A DNA stretch of 63,653 bases, filler included, from Octopus bimaculoides (lineage: Eukaryota): assembly GCF_001194135.2 (NCBI RefSeq). It is 7 parts of 7 records of this genome, joined end to end, with 100 filler letters (N's around TTAATTAATTAA, not from the genome) between each part and the next. Parts side by side here need not be neighbours in the genome. Positions count along the whole stretch, not along the records: positions 1 to 21,578 come from NC_068983.1; positions 21,679 to 28,771 come from NC_068991.1; 5 more parts are not named here. One strand, written 5' to 3'. The notes under the pieces were generated by a model that did not search any database, was not told the origin of the DNA, and worked only from the letters and a program-made list of their open reading frames with translations. The translations under genes were made by a program, and so were the position numbers. This document shows positions 13,600-26,561 of this stretch, piece after piece. Each line of letters begins with the position of its first letter. The stretch's first letter is position 1.

Positions 13600-14525
13600 G
13601 AAGACAGAGTCAATAAAGTCGATGTTGACAAAGCCCATACCCATCAATTGTTAGTGTCTTCTTAACATCAGAAACAGAAGGGTTTATTATTGCAGCCCAA
13701 TATCAATGCCTACTTACAAGGAACTACCAGGCCAACATATTAAAGAACGGCAATAACCCAACCTGTGGTCCATGTATGTTGGGTTATTAAAAAATTAAAC
13801 TGTTGATCATGTTTTCTCCATGTGCAGTCTTCTTGCGCCTACAGAGTATCTCAACAGGCATGATAGAGCAGCACAGTATATTCACTGGGCAATTTGCAAA
13901 ATCTTTGACCCGCCCCATGCTAGAAACTGGTGGGAACACAAATCACCTCCAGTACTTAAAAATGCTCACATCCCACTCCTCTGAAACTTCACCATTCAAA
14001 CTGACAGAAAGATAGATGCGAATAGGTCTGACATTATATCGAAAAGTTTCAGAAAAAAGTCATGCCTCCTCATTGATATGACTGTTCCAATCGATATAAA
14101 TGTATCCGTCAAGACCAAACCAAAAACTGAGCAAATATAAAAATCTTGAAACAGAAACTGGCAAAATGTAGAACCTTAAGACTAAAACATTACCTGTTGT
14201 CATTAGTGCCCTAGGAATGATAGCAAAAGGGGCTGATTCCTACCTAACTCAGATACCAGGAAACCCCACAATGACCGAAATTCAAAAGATAGAGCTCATA
14301 GGAACTGCCCATATCCTACGTAATATACTGTCTATGTAATCTCAAATTTAAAAACAAACTTATAATTTTCTCATGTTTTCTTATACATTCTCTAGAACAT
14401 TACTATTTGCAAAACCAAATATATGAACCCTAGGTATAATACCAACTTGAACTTCTAACATGTCTCTTGAAGTCTCTGGGTGAGACTTGGAGTCAACTTG
14501 TACAAATACAGGGCAAAAGTCAAAC

Positions 14526-14576
<51 letters not shown>

Positions 14577-14585
14577 TAATAATAA
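13600..14585 (+). mobile_element. RLE-LINE 3' fragment (copy 3 of cluster) with 3'UTR and (ATA)n tail
   Basis: SETEGFIIAAQ, TVDHVFSMC, NRHDRAAQYIHW, WWEHK, QTDRKIDANRSDII, LIDMTVP, GTAHILRNILSM* (about 14340); (ATA)n at 14526-14585. Confidence 0.9.
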
Positions 14586-14591
14586 AAATAA

Positions 14592-14762
14592 GCAGAAGGC
14601 TAGGTAGGATAAGTCGATTATATCGACCCCAGTGCTCAACTAATATTTATGCCATCAACGTCAAAAGGCTGAAATTCGGAATTGAACTTAGAACTTTAAG
14701 ACAGATAAAATTCCGCTAATCAGCTTCCCGGGTTGCTAACGATTCTGCCAGCTTGACACCTT
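14592..14762 (-). mobile_element. Family C (Nin/Deu-like) SINE
   Basis: Reverse complement matches 2769-2970. Confidence 0.75.
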
Positions 14763-14764
14763 AA

Positions 14765-14803
<39 letters not shown>

Positions 14804-16661
14804 AAACAACTACAACAGCAACAAGAACTACTGCAACAACAATACTTACGTTTACTGTTAGAATCTACTCTTTCATTGTTCTCTTCATCATTAATTCACT
14901 CAGAATGATAACAATCCTTGGGTTAATGCATGAATGCCACGAGGTCCATGTCTACGTTTTTGATGAATTTGAGGTATGAAATCTACATGTTTGGCTATAT
15001 TTGTTCTCATAGTTCAGTAGTTTGTCATTCATTCATTTTCAGGATGTGATTTGAAACAAAAATGTCAGGAAAAAGTATTGATTGAGGTGTATTCCGATGC
15101 AACGTTATACGTCTTGAATTCTCGTGCACTTAATGATGAAACAATTACTGCTCTTCGTTGATTCCCCGATAACTTTTCCTTCAAGTACTTTTCTTAGCCC
15201 TTGTTGACCTGCAGCTGTATACGCTGGCCACGGCAAGGCAATTTTTATTTTAGCGTATAAGACTAGCAATTACTGGTGTATACAAGTCTGCCCCTCTCCA
15301 TCAACCTCCCTTTTCAAGAACGAAGAGCCTTTCGTTAGATACTGATACTCCAGGTCAACACCGCTGTCACCTAAGGGGTTGCAATTAGAATGTTGTTGTC
15401 CAGTAGATATGAGAGAAGGCATCTTCTATGGCGCTCTTATTTTCCACCAAACTACAACTCTAGATTAATAGTTTATTATCGACTCTGAAAGGATGGAAAA
15501 CAAAGGTACGTTTAACTGTTTTCGAACTCGGAGAGCAGAAACACTATGTATATAAGCCGAGACTTTCTAAATCCCAAATGTATTCACAAATTTACTAGTT
15601 TTATCTTTTGTTAAAACATGTCAAATTCCGTCGTTGTTCCTTTTATAGACTTGTTGTACCTGTGAAAATGTAGCATATTTTCTAATATGCTACATTTTAA
15701 CTTAACCACAATACATTTCAGATTTTGTATTAAGTTTTCTGACTTGAGAAAGTATAATAATTTCAAAACTACTCCGGCTATGTTTCCTATTCTTATGGAG
15801 ATCATTAAATAGTATTAATAATTGTGTAAATAATATCTTTTTTTCCTCTCCACGTATATGTCTCTCATTTCATTATACTTATATGAAACCATTACAGTAG
15901 TAATTTTAGTGTGCTCAGTCGTGTGCATACGTGTTTTTATCTTGTGGATTTGAAAATTAAAGCGTTATAGATTAGTATGAATGCTGGGTGTAAAAAGGTA
16001 GTTATGTATAGTGTGGATTCAATATATTCATGTTTAAACAGATTTAAGCTCATGCCTCAAAACTGCAAGTTATTTCAATATTTGATTATCGAATATTTTA
16101 TTGTTTCTCTCTAGCTGTTACCATTGTTAGTATTCTTATTTTCGTTATTGTTGTTTCGTACCAAGCTCTAATATAGCAGAGCTCCAACTAAAACTGTTTC
16201 AACTATGACCGTTTCATGTTTACGATTAGCTTGTATACCACATTGTGCAGCGTAGAATAAAATACACGTTGAAGATGATAGCAGGTGTTCTGAAGCTAAT
16301 ATTTGATCGAGTAATCACGTAGTGGTTCTATTATATGCGCTTGTTGCTGTCATTGTTTATGGACACAATAAGTAATAATTGTTATTTACAAGAAGCATAA
16401 AATTTGTTCAAACCTAGGCGTCATTAATATAGGATTTCCCAATGAAAAACACACTCAGCTGTTGAAAGACGCCTACACCAAAAGATAAATAACTTTATAT
16501 GTTCCAGCCATTTTACTGATGTTAATCATTACAATCATCACTCTCCTTTTTCTTTTAGCTGTTGACGTCAGTAATATTATTAATATAGTGTTGTATGTTT
16601 TGATGCCTTGTGTTTCGAGTGTGCTTTTTATCAATTTTATTGCGTGTATCACGCAGAGTAA

Positions 16662-16822
16662 AATACTTAGCCGCATTTCGACCGTCTTGACGTTCTTGGG
16701 TCAAATTCCGCCGAGGTAAACTTTGCATTTCTCCCTTTCGGGTCGATAAAAGAAGTATCAGTTCAGCACTGACGTTGACTTACTCTTTCTCCCCAACTTG
16801 CTTGCTCTGTGCCAAAATTTAA
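16662..16822 (+). mobile_element. Family C SINE, 5'-truncated
   Basis: caaattccgccgagg...ctttcgggtcgataaa core. Confidence 0.7.
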
Positions 16823-17262
16823 ATGCTTTATTATTTTTATTAAAGTGCATTTCTAGAATTCATAATTTTCAACAAAATCATATATATCATAAGTCTAATC
16901 ATCGCGGGCAAAAATGCTTTACAAAGTTTCCTTCTCAAATGTTGTATTCAGTAATATTTTAAGGATCTATTCCATCTCAATTATAAACTTTTAAATTAAT
17001 TTTTGGTAACTGAACAGTTTGAAACTTCGAATACTAGTAGAATTTCTCACGTAGAAAGCGGTTTACTCTGAACGTTTTGACAAAATTTTATATTGTAGAA
17101 ATTATTTCATGTTAAAGTTGTAGTATTTGGGTAATTTCAACCAATCAACGACGTGTAATCGATCGAAGAAAGCTACTGCTGTTTGCGATAGTTATCGAAG
17201 AGGAACAGCTTCCGGGTCATCTATACTAAATGTCACCTCTCTGTTCTATTCGTCACCTTTAT

Positions 17263-17316
17263 CCTTCCTTCCTTCCTTCCTTCCTTCCTTCCTTCCTTCC
17301 TTCCTTCCTTCCTTCC
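17263..17316 (+). repeat. (TTCC)n microsatellite
   Basis: Direct reading. Confidence 0.95.
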
Positions 17317-17430
17317 TAGTCAGCACGGTGCATTGCTTACACTTTCTCTCCTTTATACACAATCAACTAGCCGCCAGTGAGCGAACTTGTCACTGCCACT
17401 AGAATGACCGTATTTTCCCGTGTATAAGCC

Positions 17431-18020
17431 TTATTGCCCACAGGCGATTAAACATAGAGGGGACAAACAACAACAGACAAAGGCATTAAGTCGATTACAT
17501 CGGCCCCAGTGCGTAACTGGAACTTATTTAATCGACCCCGAAAGGATAAAAGGCAAAGTCGACTTCGGCGGAATTTGAACTCAGAACGTAACGGCAGTCG
17601 AAATACTGCCAAGCATTTCGCGCGCCGTGCTAACATTACTACTAGCTCGCCGCCTTAGCTCTTGAAAACATCTATTTCTTTATTGCCCGCAGGGAACTAA
17701 ACATAGAGGGGATAAACAAGGACAGACAAAGGCATTAAGTCGATCACATCGACCCCAGCGCGTAACTGGTACTTATTTAATCGACCCCGAAAGGATGAAA
17801 GGCAAATGGATGAAAGGCAAAATCGACCTCGGCGGAATTTGAACTCAGAACGTAGCTGCAGTCGAGATACCGCTAATTATTTCGTCCGACGTGCTAATGT
17901 TTCTTATTTCTTTATTGCCCACAAGGGGATAAACATAGAGGGGACACACAAGGACAGACAAAGTGCGTAACTGGTACTTAATTTATCGACCCCGAAAGGA
18001 TCAAAGGAAAAGTCGACCTC
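17431..18020 (-). mobile_element. Head-to-tail array of three family C SINEs
   Basis: Copies at 17431-17657, 17673-17903 and 17904-18020, each with ttattgccc..aaacatagagggga..atcgaccccgaaaggat. Confidence 0.9.
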
Positions 18021-18700
18021 TTCCACATTTGCAAATTTCGTATCACCAGCTTTCGTCACCAGTGATGACTATAAAAGCGTTCGGATCAACTTCCAACTCT
18101 TCTTTCAGTTCACGACACGCTATCAGCGTGAGTGCTTTTGGTCTTCTGTGAGCCAGCGAGGCACAAATTTTGCTGCAACTCTTTTCACTCATAATTCTTC
18201 GCTCAAAATTCCTTGACAGAAGCTCCAGGACACACTGGTCATATCAACCATTTCGTTAATCGTTCGATGACGGTCCTTCAAAATTAGTTCATGTTTTCGT
18301 TGGTTCGTGAGGTCAACGGTGGTCCTGAACGAGGTTGTTCTACAAGTCACCATGCTGAAGTCCTGGAAACCACTCGTAAACTTGTGTGTTGTTCATGGCA
18401 GCGTCCTTGTAAGCTGTTTGAAGCAAAACAACTCTTTCGGTCGCCATTCATAGCCACAGGAAACAGAATTTCACAGAATCACGCTATTAATTTGTTTCAG
18501 CCATCGCAAAAATCGACGAGCAGGGGTGAAACACTGCAAACAAAAATTAACCAAGTGGCAGTACGATTGTTTTCGACGTCGCCGGTCGGCACACTGATGT
18601 TTGAGGGTCGCATCAGGTGCCTTCTAGCAGCATACACCTGAACTACAGCGAGTTTGTCCCACTTCGAAGGTTTCACGTTACTTTTTAGTACTTCATCATA
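18021..18700 (-). mobile_element. mariner (DD34D) transposon, 5' TIR + degraded N-terminal transposase
   Basis: VKFCF..VYEWF..PRSG..DRHRTI..ILSEEL..KRVAAKFVPRWLTEDQK..VITGDESW; terminus TA-TGATGAAGTACTAAAAAGTAACG; truncated at the SINE array. Confidence 0.88.
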
Positions 18701-19049
18701 TATATGTGTGTGTGTATGTGTGTGTCTGTGCGCGTGTGTGTGTATGTAGAAGCTAGAAAATTAATACATGCGTTGATATGTATATAGGAAATAAGACAAT
18801 GTAGAAAAAGCTAAAATAATTTTATCATGAAGTACATTTTAGTACCTGTATCCGTCTTTTATACTTTTTTCGGCTAAGCGTAAAATAGGAAAAACTATTA
18901 AATTGGAAAATAAAATAGTGAAATGGAAGGAGGAAGAGAAGTAGGATTACGGAAAGAAAAGGGAGAGAGAGAAAGAAAAGCAAAGAAAAATACAGGAGTG
19001 ATGTGACACAGTAAATTGTTCGTGGAATCTTCTTTAATGGTCACATGAC

Positions 19050-19880
19050 CTAAAAGTGACATGTTATGGCCGTAGCAGTAGAGGTTGGAATTGTTCTAAA
19101 TTCTATCATCTGTGATGTTGGTGGCATTCAAAATAGGTTTATAATTTGCAATAAAATATGCTTCTTTGCTAATACACTAATTATAGGTTGCATTGTCCCT
19201 GAATTTATAGAGGGGGAAAATTCTAAAGTTGGGTTGTTCGTTAGTGACGCAAGTATCAATGACTTGGGTTGTCCTTTTCTCTTTATGATGGTGTGCGCTT
19301 GGAGGATTTGATCTAGTCTATAGTCCTTTCTTAGTAAAGGGGTGTTCTGGTGGATGGTGTGGAAGGTCTCATTGTGTAGGGTTTGTGTGTGGATATGTAT
19401 GGTAGGGCTTTTGGTTGTAAATCCTTCTTTAGTCTGGACTGTCTGAGTTCGTGGATGTTGAGTTGTAGAATACGTTGAAAGCCTATATCAATTAGTGATT
19501 GTGGGTAGTTCCTGCTGATGAGTGTATCCTTAATTCATGGATTCGTGTGTCCCTGCTGCTTGTATCAGATATAGTACAAATCCTTTCTACCAGGCTGTAA
19601 GAGATATTCACCCTAGTGTGTCTGAGGTGGCAAGAATTGAATGGCAGATACTGCTTGGAATCCGTGGGCTTATAGTAGATGTATGTTTCTATTTTGTTGT
19701 TGGATTTCTTAATGAGGATGTCGAGGAATGGAAGTTGTTGGTGGTAATATTCCATCGTAGATTGAATGTTTATGTCAAGTCCATTCAGAAGTGCTTGCAG
19801 TTCTTTAAGTCTCTGTATAATTTTGTGTCAGAATGGATTTCCTTATTTTTTCTAGTACCTTACGATAAATATTAATTTCT
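19050..19880 (-). mobile_element. Penelope-like element RT C-terminus/thumb and linker relic
   Basis: INIQSTMEYYHQQLPFLDILIKK..ETYIYYKPTDSKQYLPFNSCH..HTRVNISYSL..RICTI, the PLE RT signature. Confidence 0.88.
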
Positions 19881-20397
19881 AGGTACCGCATGACTAGGTT
19901 AGCAAAGGAGGGGGCCACTCGCCTGCCCATCGCAGTCCCCGAATTTTGTTGATAGAAGATGTCATGAATTACGAAGAAGTTATTTTACAAACCATTTCAC
20001 TTAATTTTTTTTTTCTCAAATATAATTGTTTTTCTTATTTTACTATTAGTGGCAACATTCTAAAAGACGGATGCCGGTACTAGAATGTACTTCATGATAA
20101 AATTATTTAAGCATTTTCTACCTTATGATATATGCGTATATAAATACATATATATTTTTTTATATCTATGTAGACTCACATACGCATGTGTATACATCCA
20201 TACATATACACACAGAGATTCATAAACGCATACATATAGAGTACAATATTAGATCAGGTGGTCATATTGTCACACACTCAAGATGACATTCCTTTCGGCT
20301 ATGTAGGCATGAAAACAATGTATGCAGTATGGTTTACTGGTTGTATTTATGCCTGTACATATATGTATAGTGTGTTTATCTTTATCTATCAATTTAT

Positions 20398-20398
<1 letters not shown>

Positions 20399-20451
<53 letters not shown>

Positions 20452-20453
20452 CT
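20399..20453 (+). repeat. (TATC)n microsatellite
   Basis: Direct reading. Confidence 0.95.
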
Positions 20454-20459
20454 ATGGAC

Positions 20460-20796
20460 AGACGGTAGACGTGTCGGCTCCGTAAGTTTTGCCTTTTTCA
20501 TGTTTTAAAAAGTTTGTTTGTAAAGTTTATTTTATATAGAGAGTTTTATAACAACTTGTAGACTCTCTGGTGCAAGTTTTTTGCGACGGAAATCTGCCCT
20601 GTGTGGCACATTTCCAGGATATAAAAATCAATTTCGGATTTCTAGCCACTTTTTTTGAGANNNNNNNNNNNNNNNNNNNNNNNNNNNNNNNNNNNNNNNN
20701 NNNNNNNNNNNNNNNNNNNNNNNNNNNNNNNNNNNNNNNNNNNNNNNNNNNNNNNNNNNNNNNNNNNNNNNNNNNNNNNNNNNNNNNNNNNNNNNN

Positions 20797-20834
<38 letters not shown>

Positions 20835-21578
20835 GAGCAGCAACAACAAGGACACAAATGTCCTTGCTAACAAAACCACTGTCCTCACCACTGATACCAC
20901 CACTACCGCCACCACCACCACAACAAACACGAACTTTGCCGAGGCTTTGAAGCCTAGGAAAAGAATTTTGAATATATCGAAAGAGAAATTACTTGCATGC
21001 ATACGCATGCTAAAAAGGACGTTACAGTACATCTTCAAACGCCCGCGGACTTTAAAATAATCATAGATAAAAAAAAAACTATCATCTACAGAACCATTAA
21101 TTTAAAGACAAAGACACTGGCAAAATTCACTCAAGAAAAGGTTGAGAGGTGCTTAAAGCCGATTTGGTCTTACAAATCTTACATAACGAGAGGATTGAAA
21201 TTCGGAACAATAAAGGTCAGACTAGACAGCGAGCAGCGAGCCAAGGACCTCTCCACTAAGTCATTACAACATGAGAACCTGCTGATGATCCCTACGTACC
21301 TTGGTCGTAGGGTTACGAAAATAAAGATTTCGAATGTGCCTCCTGAAATTGAGGAAGAATGGCTAGTATATGCCATATGTCTAGGCATAGAGGAGGAGAT
21401 AAACATATTAGAAGCATCTGCCGTTTACAATGAAAACTGGATTGGCCAGGAATTTCAACTCCTGGTACAAATTGATCCAGCAAACTGGGAAAAAATTCCA
21501 CATAGAATCCAATTAACCGAGGATTCAATTTTTCATGTTTTCGTCGAAGGCAGAAGGCCAGTTTGCTACATTTGTAGT
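20460..21578 (+). mobile_element. L1/Tx1-like LINE 5' end with ORF1 (gag-like, ends in CCHC knuckle start)
   Basis: About 195 open codons at 20997-21578 (PTYLGRRVTKIKISNVPPEI..VFVEGRRPVCYICS into a gap). An upstream low-complexity N/T-rich arm ending FAEALKPRK is joined by one frameshift near 20965. Confidence 0.7.
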
Positions 21579-21689
21579 NNNNNNNNNNNNNNNNNNNNNN
21601 NNNNNNNNNNNNNNNNNNNNNNTTAATTAATTAANNNNNNNNNNNNNNNNNNNNNNNNNNNNNNNNNNNNNNNNNNNNATATATACGTA

Positions 21690-21905
21690 TGTATGTATGT
21701 ATTTGTGTCTGTGTTTGTCGTCCCACCATCACCTGATAACCGATGTTGGTGTGTTTACATCTCCGTAGCTAGCGGTTCGGCAAAAGGGACCGATTAAATA
21801 AGTACTAGGCTTATAAAGAATAAGTCCTGGGATCGATTTGTTCGACTAAAAGTGATGCTTCAGCTTGGCCGCAGTCAAATGACTGAAACAAGTAAAAGAA
21901 TAAAA
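21690..21905 (+). mobile_element. Family B SINE (internal-microsatellite type), 3' half
   Basis: tttgtgtctgtgtttgtc..agcggttcggcaaaag..ggccgcagtcaaatgactgaaacaagtaaaaga. Confidence 0.85.
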
Positions 21906-22521
21906 GATATATATATATATATATATATGGGTGGGCGTATGTAAGTATATGTATTATATATGTGTGTATGTGTGAGTGTAGGTGTGTGTGTGCGCGCAGG
22001 CGTGTGTGTGTGTGTGTGTGCAAGTCATCTTGTGCAAATACACAAAGCCTGAATATAAACGTTATTGTTTTATTTTATTTTAAACCCACACAGTTCATAG
22101 ACAGATGTTGCCCTGCCAAGTAGTTTTATGCTGGCTAATGATGCCAATCATACTCCAAACTACTTAGCCTACAATCTTTCTCTACACAAAACCTATCCAT
22201 CTGCTAACAGAAATACCAGATGCTCGTGTTCTATCTTTAGTCACTGAGAAGCGATCAAATTCTCCACTCTCTTCCAAAAGTGCTCTTACCAACCCTAGAA
22301 GCGTGTGATGATGCAAATTATTTATGTAGTGTTTTTTAGCTTTTGTGCGCATCGTGAAATCAGTCTCTTGCTTACAGCAATAAATATCCACAGTAAAACA
22401 CTTCTGATAAAAATGAAATAGTCTCCTTCACCTTCTAAATTCATGAAAGGCTGTTATTTACTACTCTAAAATCAGTATTGATCTAACTAGGGTGTTGCAC
22501 CAGCGGTTGTTTGTTTGCACT

Positions 22522-22630
22522 AGGTGCAAGCATGGCTGCGTAGTTAAGAAACTCGTTTTGCATGTACGTGGTTACGAGTTCACTCCCACCGCGCGGTAGT
22601 CGACCGATGCCTTGTGAGTAAATTTGGTCT
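22522..22630 (+). mobile_element. Family B SINE head fragment
   Basis: catggctgcgtagttaaga..gagttcactccc..ccttgtgagtaaatttgg. Confidence 0.6.
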
Positions 22631-22991
22631 TCGAAATTCTCTCGTTGATGCATTCGTCGGCCTGGAGGTCTCAAAAAGGCAGAAGAATTCTTGGTTTGAA
22701 ATAATTTAGATTCTTTTTTTTTTTTAAATTATTTTTTCTATGTTTACAATATTTCCAGCAAATTCTGAAGTGATATGTTCATTATGTTATTTTATATAAT
22801 GGCGATTGCAATGATATTTGCGTCCCCCAAAATAGTTCCAGCAGCAGCAATTAACGGAAAATATTCAGCCAATCCCTTTTTATTTTTCTCTCTTTTCCGT
22901 ATCTCAGAGAGATCGACCTTGCAGTCTGCGTTACTTTTCTTTCCATTTAGCAGTTTGAAGGTGTTTCCTGAGTAGTCTTTTGAGATAACTG

Positions 22992-23190
22992 CTTCTTCTT
23001 CTTCTTCTTCTTCTTCTTCTTCTTCTTCTTCTTCTTCTTCTTCTTCTTCTTCTTCTTCTTCTTCTTCTTCTCCTCCTCCTTCTTCTTCACTTCCCCTCCT
23101 CCTCCTCCTCCTCCTCCTCCTCCTCTTTCCCTTTATCCTCCTCCTCGTCATCATCATCCTCTCCCTCCTCCTCCTCTTCTTCTCCCTCAT
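22992..23190 (+). repeat. (CTT)n/(CCT)n compound microsatellite
   Basis: Direct reading. Confidence 0.95.
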
Positions 23191-23961
23191 ATCGTTAATT
23201 CTTTGTGATTTTCATTTTATTCTTTTCTGACCAGCCAATTTTCACTTCAAGAGAATTGGTCAAAATTTCCTTCTTGTAATTTAGGCGTTTTATCCGATAT
23301 TCAGTCAGATCTGTTTACCTTTGTTGATTTTTGTAACCCAATCCTTTGCCTTAGCGTATTTCTTAATATCAAAATACCACAGCAATAACACCACTGAGAA
23401 GATGAGAAGTATCGATATACAGACTATGTTGGAGATAACGTATAATCATTTAAAATTGATTTGACGGTCGTTTTGATTTATCAGCCAACTTTGTTCTATC
23501 AACGTTCTAGATTTATCGCTAATCAACATTTTTCGATATCTCACTGGCCAACCTTGAGAATTGTCATTATTATTTGTGTATTTATTGTTTTTGTTTTATG
23601 TCTGTTTTTTTTTTTACGGAAGTTTTGATATTTATCGATAGAAAGAAGTAACCTGGATGCTTGTGTCAATAACAGCATGAACACAATCATCGATATCAAT
23701 GCGATAAGGATGTCTCGACTTACTGGAAAGAGCAACTAAATCTCAGCTCAAATCACGGCCTCTGTTAAAATAAGGACAATACATAATGGATAAATTAGTT
23801 TTAAAAGCTCAAAAAATAAATAAATAAATAAAAGACTATGGTCACAAACTAGAAAGCCTCATAGTTTAGTCCCGGGTCAGCCTTGATTTACACGTTCAAT
23901 GCTAACCTGAGGCTAAACAGCTGCAGCAACTACTGAAGTTATGTGTATTTCAAATATGAAG

Positions 23962-24272
23962 CACGAGGCTTAACAGTTGGAGGTATTCAGCTTACGATTG
24001 TAAGGTCGTGAACTCGGCTCCCGGCGACGCATTGTGTCCTTGAGCAAGACACTCTATTTCGCGTTGCTCCAATTCTCTCAGCTGGTAAAAGTGAGTAATA
24101 TCTGTAATTTAAAGGGTCAGCCTTGTCACATTCTGTGTCACGCTGAATTTTCCTGAGAACCACGTCAATGGTACGTGTGCATGTGGAATACTCAGCCAGT
24201 AATTTCTCGAGCAGGCTGTTTTGTTGATCAGATCAACTGGAACATACGTCGTAGTAGCCGACGGAGTACCAA
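23962..24272 (+). mobile_element. Family A CORE-like SINE, full length
   Basis: tRNA-like head, core tgtgtccttgagcaagacac, tail gggtcagccttgtcac..gatcaactggaa..ccgacggagt. A second head lies on the minus strand at 24285-24375. Confidence 0.85.
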
Positions 24273-25889
24273 TGTTTACATATGAAATGAATAGTTTTAT
24301 TCAAGAATACAACACGCCGCCCAGCCCGGGAATCGAACCCACGATCGTCAGAGCAGCACCCTAACCACTAGCCTTCATAATAAGGGATTATAAACAAAAA
24401 GTCATAATAATTCATAAATGGTTTCAAATTTTGACTCAGGGCCAGTAATTTTTGAGACGAGGCGAAGTCAATTCCATTGATCTCAGTAGTTGACTGATAC
24501 TTTGTCGACCTCCGAAAGAATGAAAGGCAAAGTCGATCTAACGATCCTTTATTAGCGTCAATAGGTCAGACATCACCATACTGTTTTCAATTAGATACAG
24601 AAGAAATGAGCCAGGAACACTTAGTGAATATCTCAGCTTTCATGCCCACCGAGCAACTTTAATGCTTTGGCTTTCCTACTGAGTGATAGTAAGTAGTGTA
24701 ACTGGGAATGAGAGCGAACGGATAGAGGGGACAGTCCGTATCGGGTAATGCTTTTATGAGGGCGGCGCTTTTGGGTTCACCTGTATAAGTTTTTTTTGTG
24801 GGGGGGGGGGTCTGGAGTAAGGCAGCACACTGAAAGACTAGCCCAACCTGCACATACTCTAACTATGCTACTGTCGATGGTCAATCTTATTTACAACCGG
24901 CAAATTTCAGTGTGATTTTATATGGGAGAAATGAAGGTAACTGAGATTGATGTACCCGAAATGAGATGGTGGCGGACATGGTTTTCTTCTTCTTGGAATT
25001 ATTTCAGGTTACACAAGAAAGGTTTATAATATGACGTAGAATGCAGGTTGTCCTTCCTAGCAGAAATCAAACATTCTTGGTTTCGCAGAGAAAGAAAATC
25101 CACACCCAGAATCTGAATTCCGCAGTGTTTAACTTACGTTAATAATAACGATTTCTTTTGTAGAGGAAAGCGTGTAGTCGATCGCATCGATCCAGTATAT
25201 TATTGATACGCATTTTATCAGCGAATAGCAAAATTGATCCCAGCAAAATTAAAATACAAATACTCCAAAGTAGTCTATCGTTTGTTCCAGAAGTTTCTCT
25301 GTTATTTATTTATTCATTTATTATTATTTTATTTTGTCTGTGTGTTTGAGATCAAACTGATAAATAGCTTCTTTAATAAAAGTTAAAGCAGGAGAGTGTT
25401 ATGGGTTAACTTCGATTTGGAATAGAGCAATCATCATTACCAGTAGAAGGTTAATGGAATGAGGCTATTGAGCGCAGGTGTTTGGGCGCTGGAGATTTGG
25501 CACGGCTGACTGGACGTTCGGACTGTTTGGTGACAATACGTGGAGACTAATACATGTAGGCACTCGCGCTCGCGCAGAGATATGCACATAATGAGACAGA
25601 GGAAAGAGAGAAAGACATTACAGTTTATTAATTGACTGTGATTGGCATAAACACTTTCCCTTTCTTCAGAGGCATCCATACGTAAGTACAGAGAGTGGGT
25701 GGAAAGAGAACGAGAGAAACATTAAAACGTCTGGTGTCAAATAAGTCAGTGTTGAATCAACAACGCCAAACAGATGGCACCAAAATGGCTGTGCCAAAAA
25801 GTCTCAAAATCAGAGATTAAATTATTAAGGTATGATCAGAAGCACAAAAAAAGGCATTGACTTTTCATCAGAAAAGACTGTTTAGTTGC

Positions 25890-26080
25890 ACTAGTGGCTG
25901 TGTGGTAAGAAGCTTGCTTCCCAACAACATGGTTCTGAGTTCAGTCCCATTGCGTGACAAATTGGGCAGATGACTTCTACTATATCCTCAGGTCGACCAA
26001 AGCCTTGTGAGCGGATTTGGTAGACGGAAACTGAAAGAAGTTTGTCGTGTATACATATACATACATACATACATACACAC

Positions 26081-26138
<58 letters not shown>
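25890..26138 (+). mobile_element. Family B SINE, 5' half with internal (TA)/(TG)n
   Basis: gtggctgtgtggtaagaagcttgctt..gagttcagtccc..ccttgtgagcggatttggtagacggaaactgaaagaag. Confidence 0.85.
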
Positions 26139-26152
26139 NNNNNNNNNNNNNN

Positions 26153-26200
<48 letters not shown>

Positions 26201-26203
<3 letters not shown>

Positions 26204-26561
26204 GGAATACTACAGCTGCACCTCTGGTTTATTCAGCCGCTCTTTATCATCCAGGTTCTCCGTAGTTCTTGTTCTCTTTCAACTTCTTTAATTTATATCG
26301 GAGTGTGTATACCACTGGTACATGGTCGCTCCTAGAGTTTGCTCGTGGATATGTTTTTGCATGTTTCACTGATCCTCTAAATCTGTCATTCATGGACAGA
26401 TAATCAATTTGGTTTCTCGAGCTGTTACCAGGACCCTTTCGTGTGTAAATTCTTCTAGGATGCTTCTTAAACCATGTGTTCGTATTAATCATATTCTTTG
26501 CCTTGCACCACCACACCCACTTTCTCACGTCACTCGTTTTTCTCGCCAATTCCATACTGAC
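26201..26561 (-). mobile_element. RTE-clade LINE APE endonuclease C-terminus (inverted 5' segment)
   Basis: GQYGIGEKNE..NTWFKKHPRRIYT..PGNSSRNQIDY..TYPRANSRSDHVPV..KLKKLK. Confidence 0.88.

Noticed and set aside
22792-23190. 132-aa poly-R/poly-E ORF with a hydrophobic end
   Set aside because: It is driven by (GAA)/(GGA) microsatellites; no recognisable domain or splice structure.
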